Assembly: GCA_904063045.1 (NCBI GenBank)
Contig: CAJFCJ010000001.1
Span: 3,224,001-3,288,000, forward strand
Source: Dimorphilus gyrociliatus
Taxonomy: Eukaryota > Animalia > Annelida
Length of the DNA stretch: 64,000 nt
Direction: 5' to 3'
Shown: in pieces, positions 1 through 14,595 of the stretch
Layout of the letters: every line of letters starts with the position of its first letter
Position numbering within the stretch: position 1 is the stretch's first letter
Notes under the pieces: generated by a model
What the model saw: only the letters and a program-made list of their open reading frames with translations
Told to the model about the DNA's origin: nothing
Database searches by the model: none
Program-made: the position numbers and the translations under genes

Positions 1-717
1 TATATCTATTATATTTATCCCATTTCCTTGATTAATACTCAAATAGGTTTGTCTAACACCTACGCAAATCTATAGGATTTGTAGTAAATTGTAAGCTCAT
101 TAAGGTCGGTAACCCTTAATTAAGCAAAATTTCCTTTATATGTAAATAGTTAGTGTTTAGAATGGTAAAGCTAGTTGAACTAAAGGGATATTTATCGTAC
201 GCCTACTTAACTATCTAACTCTACGTTAAATTAAAATATTTCTATGATAAAGTTCTTCTATCTGAAAGATTTCTTTTAATTTATTCATAAGAGAATTTCT
301 CTTTCAATTCAACTTGAATGGATGCACTGGAGTTAATGTGTGGGAGATCTATAGAATTAGGTATACACGGTATATATATTAGTATGCAGTATATATATTC
401 TGACATATAGTATATATATTTATGTATGTCATATGAGAATATCACGCAATAAATGAGTGTTTTCATGACTGAAGAGAATCAAGTTTTTCCTTATTATTCC
501 ATGTATTATCAGCATCCGATTCGGCTCTTAATCCTATAACTGGTGTTGATATCTTCCGTATAAAAGTCGCTTTTTTCACAAGTAAAATTACATTTTTTTC
601 GTCTTTTTCAAAGGGAACTTTGTCTTCCTCTTAAGTATTAACTTGTGTATAGAAACAATAGAGAAAGACGCATACAGGGACAGAGCAAGCGAGAGAGAGA
701 GAGAGGCGAAAGAACAG

Positions 718-757
<40 letters not shown>
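718..757. repeat. (GATA)n microsatellite; one of many simple repeats ((GA)n, (CT)n, (GT)n, (TA)n) in the non-coding DNA
   Basis: Direct reading: gatagatagatag... run with one interruption. Confidence 0.9.
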
Positions 758-758
<1 letters not shown>

Positions 759-3700
759 AATAGTATGATTATTTTACAGTGTTTTATTGTTATAATTTAA
801 AAGAGATAGCGGCTTATTGTGTTTAATTTGTCTGAATTGATGGGTAAGACGAAAAGTAGTATTTTCGGTATTTAGTGCATCTTTTCTGACCCAGGATCAT
901 TAATAGTTTGCAAACGCGCTTATATGCATTAATTAGAAAGTCGATCAAAGCTACTAAGATCAATAGGACTTTGATCTTAATGAATATTAAATCCTTTCTA
1001 CAAAAAATTTGTGGACCGAAGTGTATTTGTAGGCCTAAACGATCACTGACCAGATAAATTGAATATATGAATCCAGTTTGTTGTCTTTTATTCCCCTTTT
1101 CCTCTTTATTTAAAGCCCCTAGTTCTTTTCATTTCTTTTTTTTCTTCTTGTATTGAGAACGTTATGGTACAGTTTCCATACTTGATAATAAATATTGGCA
1201 TTAATTGAATATCTTTATTCTTGATTGTTTGATTTTGAACTGCTTTTCCTTTATTGTTTAAAGAAGAGAATAGAAAGTTAGAATATCTCTTTTTCTTCTA
1301 TTAATAATGTAATGAGAAGTGAAGTTTTTATTATCTATTTTTCTTCTATATAGTAATAAATATATATATAAACGTTTGTTTAAAGGGTCAAATTACATTG
1401 GTATTAAAATAATTACTGTAATTTTTATTAATGTTATTGATAATAAAAGCAAGCATGGAAACTGCTGTGATCCAAATTACACTATTGAATATAATGTAAA
1501 AAAATATTCAATTATATTCGATTTCGAATGTATTTCTCCCTTATGAGGAGAATCGATAAATTGAATAGAAAGTAAGCATGAAAGAAAGAGAGATTGAGAC
1601 TTATCGAGAAATGAGGTAGTTCTATTAATGTGTATAATTATCTACGGTAGATGGAGAAAGTGTTGCAAAGTTGAGGGAGTAGAAATGAGCCTAAGTTATT
1701 ACTTCTTTTTAAACGAGATGGCGTTACTTAAAAGTTATCATCTGTTAACACTTTTCTTTTGATTTTTCGCTTTGCACCAACCTTAATCGACTAATGTAAC
1801 TATCGCTAGTTAACCTTCAAAACCTGCAAATACTAGATAATGAATCATTTTATATTAACTATTGGCCATTCTACAAACAGTTATTTACCCTGGTACCAGG
1901 CATTGAGTTGAAGGTTACATGTTTTCGGTGTTACTAAAATAAAATTGATAAACTTAATCCTAAAATGAAAACCACAAAAAACACCAGAGGTAAAGAGGAA
2001 CCTATTTATATGTATTTTCTTATATAAAATGCAAAATCAAGTCAATAAGAAGAAGAAAACTAAAAAGATTCAATAAAGAAACAGGAGAAGGGAAGAAGAG
2101 ACCAAACCTCAAAGGTTGGTTTGTTTGTGTGATCTACCGTTCCTTTGAGGGGAAATATAGAGGAATTTATTAAGAGATACCATCCCTATTTAATAAGAAA
2201 AAAATATTTAGCAAACGGATGTTGGTAATTCTATTTGGTTAATTAATTATTTAAGGGCAAAAAAGAAGAAAGAATAACAAAGTCATTTTGCAACGAATAA
2301 AGCTGGAGCAGTCGAAGCAGAGAAAAAAAGTTTCACAAAACATTCAACTTAACGAAAAAGAAAACAACAAGGCCAACCAGAAAAAAAACATCAAAATAAA
2401 TAAAAACTAGGTTGAAAGAATGAGAAATGACTCGTGTTTACTTAGTTTATTTGTTTATTTATAAGTAAGAGACCTTAAACATTTGGAGATAGAGTAGAGA
2501 CGACACCTATCGTCTAAGTTTGAAATACTCTACTTTGAAGTATAGTTGTAGTAGTAGTTGGAGAATAAATTGCCTATGTAGAGAAAAAAATAGTATACAT
2601 TATAAAAGCTAAAAATAGCAACTAACTAAAAAAAGTCCTCTATTTATAAATAAATAGAAACGAACTAAAAATATGAACTAATAACAGTATTCATGCACAC
2701 ATAAGCCTATACACTATTTCTATGCAGAAGGCGGTGTATATACGATGCTACACTATTACATAATTGTAGTATACAAATAGCTAAATGTACAACATTATAT
2801 ACAGTATATATATATATTACATACTGTATATATAAAGTTTCTAAGTATAAATTTATAGAATATTCTAACTACCGTGTCAGGAATTCATTAGCGCACTGTT
2901 TAAATTGATTCCACACAGAAAAGGAAACTGTTTTGTTCCTGGAAAACAGCTTAGATTCGAATTAATTGGCATCTATCGATTTACTTATCGATCTAAACAA
3001 TCGAATGGCTAGAGGGTAGAAAATTTTCAGTATTTTGTAGAGTACTTAGTTCATTCGCTAATAAAAAACGGAAAAAGTTACTTGACTATGGAAATAAAAA
3101 AAAATGGCTAATTTGTTGATTTTTTTACAATTTAGTTTTAAACAATTTTCTTTTCTGTTTTATTCAGAAAGTAAATAAAAAGAATAAAGTCAACTTAAAC
3201 AATGAAAAAGAGAAGATATATAAGTAAATCATTAGATATTGCAATATGTAGATATTGTGTCTGTGGGTGTGTGTGTGTGTGTGTGTGCGTAAGTGTATAT
3301 GAATGTAGTTATGCATGTAAAAGTGTGTAGGTGTTCTTCCGTCTCATCTTTATCTCTTTTAAACAATTTTTCTCCAATGATAAATTGATTAGGTAGATGG
3401 AAAGAAAAGCGTAGAAGAATAGACTAAAAATTGCTGCTAGTATTCTACTTTGAAGAAAGATTTGGCTAAAGCTCATCTATATTGACGAAAGCATTATATA
3501 TTATTTTATATATAAATATATAAATATATATATATATATGTTTATATAAATATTTTGATAGATATTTAATACATAACCTTAACAAGAAGGTAAACGAATT
3601 GTAAAGTAACTTTTGTTAATTAACACTCATTATATAATTAACAAGAAAAGTACAACAGAAAGAATATTATTGCTACAAAAAGTAATATTTTACTTCTTCT

Positions 3701-6700
3701 CTGTTAAGACTGAGCGTTGAATAAAGATTCTGATACTTTGTATTCTTAGCACGCTTCTCTACTGATGTTTATCAATAAACAAATGCCAATTGTTTAAAAT
3801 AAATTCTTACATCTTATAAATTATATGTATATTCATAGAATAAAGAGGGATCTTGTTATCCTTTCCTCTATAGTACTATGTATATACATAGTGTATAGAA
3901 AGTTTATATTATACTCGTATTATACTTTATAATAAAGAATACTAATAAACGTAATAAATACAATTTTATAGTAAACTATAAATATATTTTCTCTCCATTT
4001 TCATAAAATACTTTCATCTTTTTTTCGGCAATAAAAATTCTTTTAGAATACTTTGGCGCTATTACTTGCTTCATTTGTTCCTTTAGGGTGCAGAAAGTTT
4101 TGCATTAAACTAACTAAAGGTTCTATTCAGTGGCTCTCTTACAGGTGAGAAAACGTTATATTTCTTTATTCTTACTGAAACGTTCATCTATTAGAAAGTT
4201 AAATATTTCTATAAAAACTTTAACTATCTGATTTTTTTCGAGGTTTCTAGTCTTCTCTCACTAATCTTTATCTAAGTTCTCTTTTTCTTTTTAGATAGAG
4301 AATACAAACACATTTGTATGATCACTAAGCGTTTCCTCGTCTATTACGCAATAGACCGTTAAATCTGCCTTTTACTGTAAAATAAAATGTTGAATTATTT
4401 ATACTTTGAAGTTAAAAATTATATAACCAAAGCTACTCTTCTTTTATTTATTTTTTAACGATGACTAAATGAAAATTTTCAGCCTATTTTTCTGTTTATT
4501 TTGTTTTTTTATATTCCTTCTTCACTTTCTCCGTCTCTCTGTCTGTCAGTCTCTCTCTCCCCCCTCTCTCTCTCTCTCTTTCCCTATCTCGCTGTCTCTC
4601 TCCTTGTCATTTTTCTTCTCGTTATATAAACTAAAGGATAATCGATAATTTCTATGAAAAAAAAGAGAGAATTATTTGATATGTCTTTGTTTCTTTTCGT
4701 ATAGTTTACTTATGCAGAAAAAAATGAAAGAGATGGATTGTACGCAAAATAAAAAGGAAAGATTATAATTGTATATGTGGAGGAGGACTTGTGTTAACGG
4801 AGGTGAATGTTTGCAAAGAATTGAAGGAGAAAAATCAACTTTATGCATAAATAATCCTTATAATTAATCCAAAAAGGTGTTGACTTTATTCATGTTATAA
4901 GAGTTTTTACATATATATATATGTATAGTATATGTAGAATAAAATGCTTGACTAGTAAAAAAATTTATAGCAATGATAAAATTGGCAAAATATTTCTGTT
5001 TGAAGAGAGAAGAAGGAGGAGGAAAAAGATGAAAAAGTGTCTGTTAACGAGATTATGTTCTATAGAAATTTGAGAGAGAATGCATAAAGAGTTCAATAAT
5101 TTCTAATTTAGCAAAATTTGATGATGGAATTTTCTTCTACTTTTACAGTCAATTTTAATTTTACTTACTCATCTCTGACATTAGGTATCAATTTAATTCA
5201 ATGTCGATCAAGTATAGCTTAGAGGTAGGTATGCTCTTGCGGAATCTAACTGTGTTTATAGGATTAATAAAAGGATGAAAACTTCCATTAATCAATCAGC
5301 TAAACTGCAGGTGTTTCTTTAATCATGATCAACTTTCCAATGCACTGCTTGGCCTGGTTTTAAACGTACCTAATTCGTTTGGTGATTGACAAATTCGTAC
5401 TTGAAAAACTAGTAAGTTAGAATCTTTGATTAAAAGTGACAGTATAGCTTTTCTATTATTATTTTAATTAAAATAAATTGTATGTTGTAGATACAAGAAA
5501 AAGGAGAGAGAAAGAGGAAGAGAGTTAGAGGGAGAGAGAGAGAGATTGGAAAGAATACTAAAAGGATACTAGCCAAGTAACGTAAAGAATAAAGGAGTAA
5601 AGCAATATACTGTATATGCAATATTACTGTATATAATAGTTTGTAAAGTATATACAAATACTTGACTATATATATGTATATACAGTTTATAAATGTATTC
5701 ATTTATAGTTAATAAAAGTTGTATTTATATAAGAAACATACAAAAATTGAATGAAAATATTATCTAAATATATAAAAAAATGATAAAAGGTCGTTAATTA
5801 GAGTATTTTCTATTAAAACATGTCAAAAGTATAAAAGTATAGTCTATAAAAAATGGTTATTCATTAATATTTACTATTTTCGTCACCTCAGGTTAACATT
5901 ATTGGTATTTTAAATTACAAAAACTGGAATTTTGCTTATATATACATACATACACACACATATAATATATATATTTATGCATAATTGATGATGATGTAGG
6001 CGTTTTATTTGTGTCTTTACTCCTATTGTTGATAGATTTATTACCAACCTCCCTAGCTAAGATTAGCGTTCTTTCTTGTTTATTTTATAGCAGATGAGGG
6101 TTTTATAGAAGAGAGCCATAGCGTCTCTGTAAAATTATAAGCATTGTAGCATTTTTATGTTAATTTACATAATATAGAAATTTTCTGGTTCAACTCTTTG
6201 CATCTCGTCATTTTTATGGTTAACCGTCTGTTTATAAAATATTCAAATAGGTTTTAAAACAACTTATTGTACTGTAATGCTCGTTCTGTTTAAGTAATTA
6301 CATTAAATTAATTATTGAGATATAGAAAAGTTGATATGTTATAGTGTAATTCATCTGACATAAGTTAATTGACTAAAATTCAAATGCTAATTTAATTACA
6401 AAACATACTCATACAAATAGTAGTAATTAGACATAGTTTACGTTTCTTTCCCTGCTCTCTTTCCCTCTCTCTCTCTCTCTCTCTCTCTCTGTCTGTCTGT
6501 CTCTATTTTTTTTATCATTATTGCTTCCCTCCCACTCTTTCATTGGCTCTCTTAATCTCTCTACCTCTCTTTTCTTTTTACTTTCTAATTTTTTCTCTTT
6601 CTATTTGTCTCTCACTCTCGTTCAATTTTCTCTCTATTCTTCTCATTTGTGTAAATGTATTTTCTACATATACATTTAATTAAAAATTTAAATGTATTGA

Positions 6701-7756
6701 TATTTTGTAGATAAAGATATTTAGTTGTCCAATTAAACGTGGTTTTAATAATTAGTACAGAGATTTTAATAACGACTGATAATTAGTGAAAAATAGTTTT
6801 ACGGTCTTTTGTTATAAAGATAAAGAAATAACAACGTCTGGTAAACTAATAAGACTGAAATGTATTCTACAATATAATGAATAATAGATTTATTCAGAGT
6901 ATGATATATATATATATATATAAATATATGGAATTTATATATATCTTATATATATATTTTTTATAGATTACTTCTTTTGTCCTTTGAAATTTATTTTGTA
7001 GAACCTTATAGCTGAAAATCAAAGTAATTAGAGAAGGGAATTGACTTCTTATTTCATAGGATTATATGCAAAATCAAAGGTTTAGTTCGCGTTTTCATAA
7101 GCAGAAATGAACTCTTTCCAGTCAGAAATACTAGCCCACCAAATATAGATTTTCCAATAACGGACTTTATCAAGTTCGGCATGACAAACTGGATAGATTC
7201 CAAGTGTTTCCTTGTCGAAAATAGTTAAACAAAATACATTAAATGAGTTCTGAGAGATTGTAGAAGAGTAAAAGAGTTTGCTCAACTTTGCTTGGTGTAC
7301 AAAACTGGAAAATATGTAAGATTGAATATAAATGTAATGAGTGAAGAGGTACAGTTAAAGGGGTTGAAACAATCTAAAAGAACCAAATTAGTGAGGTAAC
7401 CTTGATAGATTAAACTGTCAACCAAGTCTCGCGGTGCATCTGGTATGCAATCCTGGTGTCGGCGAATCGTAAGCCTCGTTTGTAAACATAATATTGACGA
7501 AATGTATTTTTAACGTCAAATTCTGCGACTGTTAAAAAGTCGATGTTGTGTGAACGAAAATGATAGAAAAAATATTGTCTTTGAGTTATAAAGGAAGGAA
7601 TTAGAAGCATTTTATCCGTTTAAGTACTTTAACGAATGCACTGCGTTAAGGGGAGAGAATATTCTATTTATAAAGTGAGCTCTATAGTATATTTGACCTC
7701 AAAGTCTAGCAACTCATTCTTCCGCTGCCAAACATTGATAATCATTGGGTGATCTC

Positions 7757-7773
7757 TGCTAATCCGATTAGCA
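7757..7773. promoter_or_regulatory. Perfect palindrome containing a P3-type paired-homeodomain dimer site (TAAT-CCG-ATTA)
   Basis: TGCTAATC-C-GATTAGCA; matches TAATYNRATTA; about 850 bp upstream of the 5-HT2-like ATG. Function is inference. Confidence 0.3.
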
Positions 7774-8626
7774 CCCTTCAATATAGTATTGTTTGTAAAG
7801 GATTAAGCTTATTAGCGTTGGATAGCATATTTTCTACCAGCGTTTGATGGTCTAAATGGGTTGCTGAGTAAAGAATGTAATTTTTATGAAAGAGACTTTA
7901 TTGTGTAACGTTTGGCGTAAAAGAAAACTCTTAAAGAGCTTCATAAATCAGAAAATCCCCAACAACTTTATCCTTTTATCTTCGCAAAAAAAAACTGTCT
8001 CTTCAACGAAAGATAATTACCTGTCTTTTCTTATCTTGATTAATTTCGTTAATTTCTTTAGAATTCATGACTATCAACACGTTAAAATATCATGAATCTT
8101 TGTAAAGAATGTAACATAAATTACTAAAAGACAATTGACATTTTTCCTGAAATGAACAGTTTAAGTAATTAAATTGAAAGCCTGATGTCAACATTATTTT
8201 TTTATTATTAATACTTAAAGTATGTTTTTTTTTCATGTAAAATAGGATAAAAGTAACATTTTTATATAATATTATAGGTTTTAGAACATAAATATAGTCA
8301 TATATTTACTGCATATATACACTTTACAGTATATATTTCATTTTTCTTAGATATCTAATAGACTGCACGTTATAAGCAATATGATACATACACACACATA
8401 CACGCGTATATATGAACATTCTTAGTGCATATACAGCAAATATATATATACAGTATATAAGTATTTCAAGTATATCATGTACAACATATATATATATTCG
8501 TGCAATGAACAAGGCAATTACGCTTCATCAGCATTTTTTTCTACTCATTCACAACTCCAGTAATAAATTATTCCTCCTAGGTGTCGCTACCTTCAACCAA
8601 CCAACACTTGGCTCAAAACTATACGA

Positions 8627-11143
8627 ATGATAACATTAAACAATTGCATCGTTCTGGATTGGCAAAACGATAGTAATTCAACCATTGATGCTTACGAAGA
8701 TTCTCCTCCTACTTATCCAGCGTCGCTTTTATGCTTATTTTTAATTTCCGGCGTTATTGGAAATGTCTTAGTATGCCTGGCCGTTATCCGGGAAAAGAAG
8801 TTACATAACGTCACCAATTACTTCCTCATGTCCTTAGCAGTGGCGGATTTATTGGTCTCTTTATTAGTAATGCCAATAGCCATCGTTACAGTTATAAAAG
8901 GTAAAGAAAGTCATATTTTCACTACTTAATAAACTCAAGATGAAGTCTAGATAAAATAAATGTATGCTATAAATAAATATAAAAGTAAAACTACAGGCCG
9001 TAAAGTACTTCAAGATGTAAATATTCGTTACTTTCTTGAACAGGCTACTAATGAAGAAAAGCGTAAAAAGTATTATATTGTAACCTTGAAATGAATATTT
9101 TTTTTACCAACACTACGTTTATTAGCAGCAGCCTTCAGACTCTTAATTAAATCATATTCGCTATTCAATACTGTAAATGTAACTAGCTGCAATTCGCTGG
9201 ATATAAAAGTCATTTAAAAGCTAATTTTTTACTTAAATTTCTAACAAAAACAAAAATTATAAGAAGCTAAAAAAGAAACGAAACTTGAAATCAAAGTATA
9301 CTCAAGTTTAAACTGATTAACTTAATAACTTCATATCAGATTTACAGAATAATAATAAAGATACTAAATGAATCTCTCAAAACTCTGTTCTCGTTTTAGG
9401 ATCAACTAAAATAGGTTTACAAGATAAATATTCATTAAATTAACAATAACAACGAAATCCAGAATAAGATGAAGAAAACAACAGTAGAAGTAAAATTTGC
9501 TTTACGTATCACATACAAGCTAATTGAAGTAATTTAAATGTCAGGATATCAGCCACTCGGTGATTTAAGACAAACTATGTAGAACGTACTCCTTCTAAGA
9601 TCTATTGAAAGTTGAATTTCATTACAAGAATTATCGAATGGCCAACTTGGCTCCCATCTCTTTAAATTATGTTTTACGCCTTATTAGATAGTTGTATATT
9701 TGAATCAACGAACGCAAGTAGTTAGAAGAAACGTTTCAAATATATACACAGTATCTTATACTATACTATGAGCTCTTCAGTTTTTCTTTTATAAAGAAAT
9801 TATAATGTAGTATCCGTTTCAAATTGAGCGAGATGTCACTCCTAAATAACATATCGTGTTACCTTTCTTGAATTGAATGGAATTGCGTGAGGAATAAATT
9901 TTGAAGAAGGGATTAAAAGTAAGGAAAGAAAGAAGAAATCAATTTTGTACCCTGATTTTCTTTCCCTTAAAAGATTTAGCAGAAAAAAAATAGGAGAAAA
10001 ATATTCTTCCTTCACCTTTTCTTTTCCTATTTACCTTCCCTCCCTGCCTCCCTGCCTCCCCTCCCATTAGTCCTCTCTTCTCTTCATTTTCTTTTTTGTA
10101 TTTATATCAATACTTAGGGTAGTATTTAATCAGAATATTTTAATTAAAGTAAAGAAAGGTTGACTTTCAAAAGGTAATTAACCTCTTTTTTAAGTTTTAT
10201 AAAATTCAAATAAGGGAAAGGTTACAGCTTTCATAGATTTGTTGAGTGTTTTTTTCTCTTCATTGCGTAAAATAAGATTATATATTAGGGAAAGAATCAA
10301 GAGGGTAACGGAATATAATAAAGAATAGAGAATATTATAGAAAACTATATCCAGATTCGTTTTTTCCAATATCTGTAAAGAGAAATTTGATACATAACTG
10401 TCTAGTTTATTCTTAGGCAATAATTTCTCAACTAATTGTCGGTTTTCGGCTTAGAAACTATTAAGATTTTGTCTATTGTTGGAGAAGAGTACATAGTAAA
10501 ATAGTATATATATATAGAAACAGTACATCGCCTATAAAGTACATATACTGTCAAAATTAATGTATTCTAGTACTCGTAAATTCTTTCCGCTAAGAAAAGA
10601 AAACACAATTTGCTTATTTTTTCGTCTAAATATATATACTTTGATAGAAACTTACGACATAGAAAGCCTTAAATAAATAAGGAGAAAAATTATTTATAAT
10701 TATTAGTAATAGAAAAAAGAAATATATTTTTAAGAATATCCGGCTCATTTAAGACTAAATCAGAGATCGCAATGAGGTTATAACGGAAAATGTATTGAAA
10801 TGAAAGAGGAAGAGTCTGTAATTTAAAGAGTAAATTCTTCTAGATTAACGTTTATTATGTATACTAATGATTTTTACTTAAGTTAAATACTCCTTTCTCT
10901 CTCCCCCCTCATTCCTCCTTCCTCTCCCATGCTCTCCTATTTTTTCTCTCTCTCTTTCTCTTTCTCTCGCTTCTTCTCCCTCATTTTTTTAAAGTAAATT
11001 ACTTTTGTTAGCATTTAAAAGAATAATAATTAAGGTAAGGTAAATAAGCTAAACGAAAAAAGAAAAGTTAAAAGGCCACTCTTGAGAAAAGTCTTTTTTA
11101 TGATTCTTTCTCGTCCTCTACCTCACCTTAAATTCATATCCCG

Positions 11144-11184
<41 letters not shown>

Positions 11185-11764
11185 TATACTAATTTATATC
11201 TAAAGTTGCTATTCATTTTTTTTTAATTAACTTTATGATAAAAAGTTTATTATTTTTCAACAGTCTTGGATTTAAGCATATGTTTGTGTGCTCTGTGTGC
11301 AGCCCATATGCTTTGTTCTTTTTTCTATCATTTTTCTATATTTTTCCTCCTTTTCTACTTTCCTGCTTAATATCTATTCTCTCGCTTCTCTCATCAGCCA
11401 AACAACTTTAAAATCTAGTTCATTTTCTTTTTCCAGTATTAATATTTAAGCATCCCCCCTCCCTTCCTTTCAACTTTAATTATTTTCGTCTAAATCTTCT
11501 CTCTACTTCTCCTTCTCCGACTTCTTCTCCTCCGTCTTCTCCTTATCTTCCTTCGCCTTCTTCCTCTATTCATCCTACACACCTTACTCGTCGTACTCAT
11601 GATATAAAAAAGACATGGTTGTTAACGCTAATTTCAATTTAATTGGAAATGACAATGTCAATATCTCAGAATAAAGAGAGACGTAAATGAGATGTCTGTC
11701 TACCCTGTTATTTTATTTTATCTTTACGCTTTAAAGAGAAAAATAGAGATAGAGACAGATATGT

Positions 11765-11798
<34 letters not shown>

Positions 11799-14595
11799 GG
11801 AGAGCAGTATCTATGTCTAAATATACATTTTCCTCTGATTTATTTAAGTAAAGTAAAAGTTTTAATTTAGTTAAATGAATTGAATTTCTACATTATTATA
11901 ATATAAAAAAAAGTGTCATTAAGTGAAATTCGATATTTTGTATTTATTTTTGTTACAGTTTTCGGTTAGAGATGACTTTTTAAGTATAAAACTTAGAATT
12001 CTATTTTATTCCTTTTTCACTTATTACAATGAAATATAACTAGACATTTTTTTTAAATAAAAAGACTTCTATATATATTTTTTAATATTATATTTAGAAT
12101 TATATTCTATTTCTAGTCTAGAGGCAAATCAGAAGAAATCAAATATGATTTGAAGAGAAATTAGGATTATTATTTTCTTTATTGTTTTCATTCACCTTTT
12201 TTTCATTAAAGCTTCTTTAGTACATTTATATATTTCTATGTCCTTCGGAGATTTCTCTACTTTAAAAGAAATGACGAACTTTTAGATGAATGTTGAATAA
12301 AAAGTTATAAGCTTTATTCATTTTTTTGATTCTATTAAAGATACTAATGTTGATAATATCTTATAAAAAATATGAAAATATAATGACAATATATAAATTG
12401 ATCTCTTCAAATATCGATATTCTTTTAATTATTGTCATTTGCGTGATTGACAGTTCATCTACAATAAATCAATTTTCAATGATAAAGGCAAATTACTTTT
12501 TGCTAGGCGGGACAGCAACAACTTGCGCTCTCTGCGGTCTATTGTTATTTCACTTTCAAATTAGTCTCTCTAATAAACTGCTGATCTCCCTCATGCAGGC
12601 ATAAATCAAACTTAATTTGCTACTTTACTATCGGTTAGGCTTAAGTCTGATAAATACTTCATGAATATTTATAAGTTCTTAGGAAAACGATATTCCCACT
12701 GTAATTCGTCTTTGCGCTTTGCTGTTCTGATTGCTGTCGATCTAAATAGGCGCAAAAATACTCGTACATATTTCTATTGACTTTCCCAAGTGATATCTTG
12801 TTTTTTTGTCTTCTGTTTTTCTTTTTCCTTCTATTTTTTTGAAAGTTTGTATAAGAAATATAGAAAGGAAATTGCCACTAAACGGCTTGTATTAATTTAA
12901 TTGATTATTAAATTAGGTGTTTTCGCTATATTTACAGCTGTTTACGTGGTTACAGAGCTAAAAAAAAAGATCTTATATAGAAACAATGTAATGCTTTTCC
13001 TTTTACTTTGTTTTTTCGTTCAAGTAAAAATCTTTTAGTTAAAAATCAATCAATGAAAATCAATAAACAAGTCTTTATAGATGTTGAAATAGCTTCTGTC
13101 AATCGCTGATTCAAAAGTCTTTAAGTATATTGGGAATAAATCAATTAACTAATTATTAGAGTAGTGAAAAGATTAAAGGAACATCATAGAAATCAAAGAG
13201 TTATTTCATTATCTGAAGGGAATGGATCATAGAGGAAGAAAAAGAGATTTTCTAAGGCAATTTTTTTCAATGAATTATATAGGTTACGTAAAATGAGAAA
13301 AATGTACGCACTCGCTAAAACAAGTGTTATCCTTTCCTAAATTTGTTATTTTGTACTCTTTGCCATTCTCTTATTCATCTATGTATTCATTTATTCCTTT
13401 TTTCCTCTCTCTCTCTCTCTTTCTCTCTTTCTCTCCTTCTTTTTCTTTTCGAAAAGAATAGCTGTCTATTTTTTAAAATGATTAAGTATTATCTATGGAT
13501 AATTAATGATATAGTTAATTATATAAATTGTTTTAATTGGCTGTTCAAACGGGTTAGAGGAGACAAAACAACATTTGTAATAAAGATGTAAATTTTACAA
13601 AGATTTACACAAATGAATATTTAAATGTTAATTATAAAAATATTTCAGGATATTGGCCTTTTGGTTTCGAATTATGTGCTTTCTGGCAAGCTTCTGACGT
13701 AATGTTATGTACAGCTTCGATTATGCACATGTGTATCATCTCGTTAGACAGATATATTGGAATTCGCCATCCTCTACTAGCTGCGAGGCATAAGAGGAGA
13801 AATGCCGTTGCTTTCAAAATTATTATAGCTTGGATGTCGGCTATACTCATTAGTTCACCAATTCTAATTTTGGGATTTCTCGACTCATCATACGTTTTAC
13901 GCAATTCTCAATGCGGAATATTTAATTCAAATTTCTTAATATACGGATCATTAGCCGCTTTCTTCATTCCTCTCGTTATTATGCTTATAAGCTACGGTCT
14001 TACTGTTCACGTACTGGAAAGTCATAAAGTCAAGGTTAGTAGTAGATCGAGGAGATCCTGTAGTAGGCAACAGTCAGTTAACGGAGATAGGCGAACGCTT
14101 TTACAGGATCAAACGCGGCGCCAAACGCCGCGACTTCAAAAGCTAGTCAAAAAGCATCAAGTTGCGTTGAAAGCGGCTTCTTTATTATTACAAAAATCCA
14201 ATGAGAAAAGAACTATGGCGACAGTCAGAACGGAGCAGAAAGCTATCCGAGTTTTGGGAATAATTGTCGCCCTCTTCATCGCGTGCTGGGCGCCCTTTTT
14301 TACTTTAAACATTGTCTTGGGGGCGTGCAAAAGTTGTACTCCACCCCATCGGTCCGTATTGGAAGCTTTTCTCTGGCTAGGATATACGTCATCAACACTC
14401 AATCCACTCGTTTATACTCTCTTTAATAGGACTTTTAGAAAGACTTTTTTACAGATTTTAAGGTGCAAGCATAGTTCGAAAAAGAATAGCTCACTTTCAC
14501 AAACAACCGCACTACTAGCTGCTAATACTTTAAGATTGCGAGCTATGGTACCCAGGGCCAAACGATATCAAGAACATGCAGAGGTTAATTGTTGA
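8627..14595 (+). CDS. HTR2: 5-HT2-type serotonin receptor (class A GPCR), ~406 aa; exons 8627-8900 and 13649-14595
   Basis: Donor AAA G|gtaaag at 8901 and acceptor tttcag|GA at 13648 join in phase 1 to give ...VIKGYWPFG.... Motifs: GN1.50, LAVAD, D3.32 in [23 protein letters not shown]5 [15 protein letters not shown] with N6.55, [18 protein letters not shown], all typical of 5-HT2. An acceptor at 8579-8580 suggests a further upstream exon. Confidence 0.88.

Noticed and set aside
1613-1622. let-7-like (TGAGGTAGT) and miR-1-like (near 17790 and 32577) matches
   Set aside because: Only seed-length similarity and no precursor hairpin
2941-3010. Clusters of ATCGAT (Onecut/DRE-like) motifs
   Set aside because: About 20 copies are expected by chance in 64 kb at this composition, similar to what I saw
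7082-7610. Minus-strand ORFs 7082-7285 and 7410-7610 as a spliced gene
   Set aside because: The phase combinations I tried hit stops and there are no recognisable motifs; more likely promoter or 5'UTR sequence of the 5-HT2-like gene
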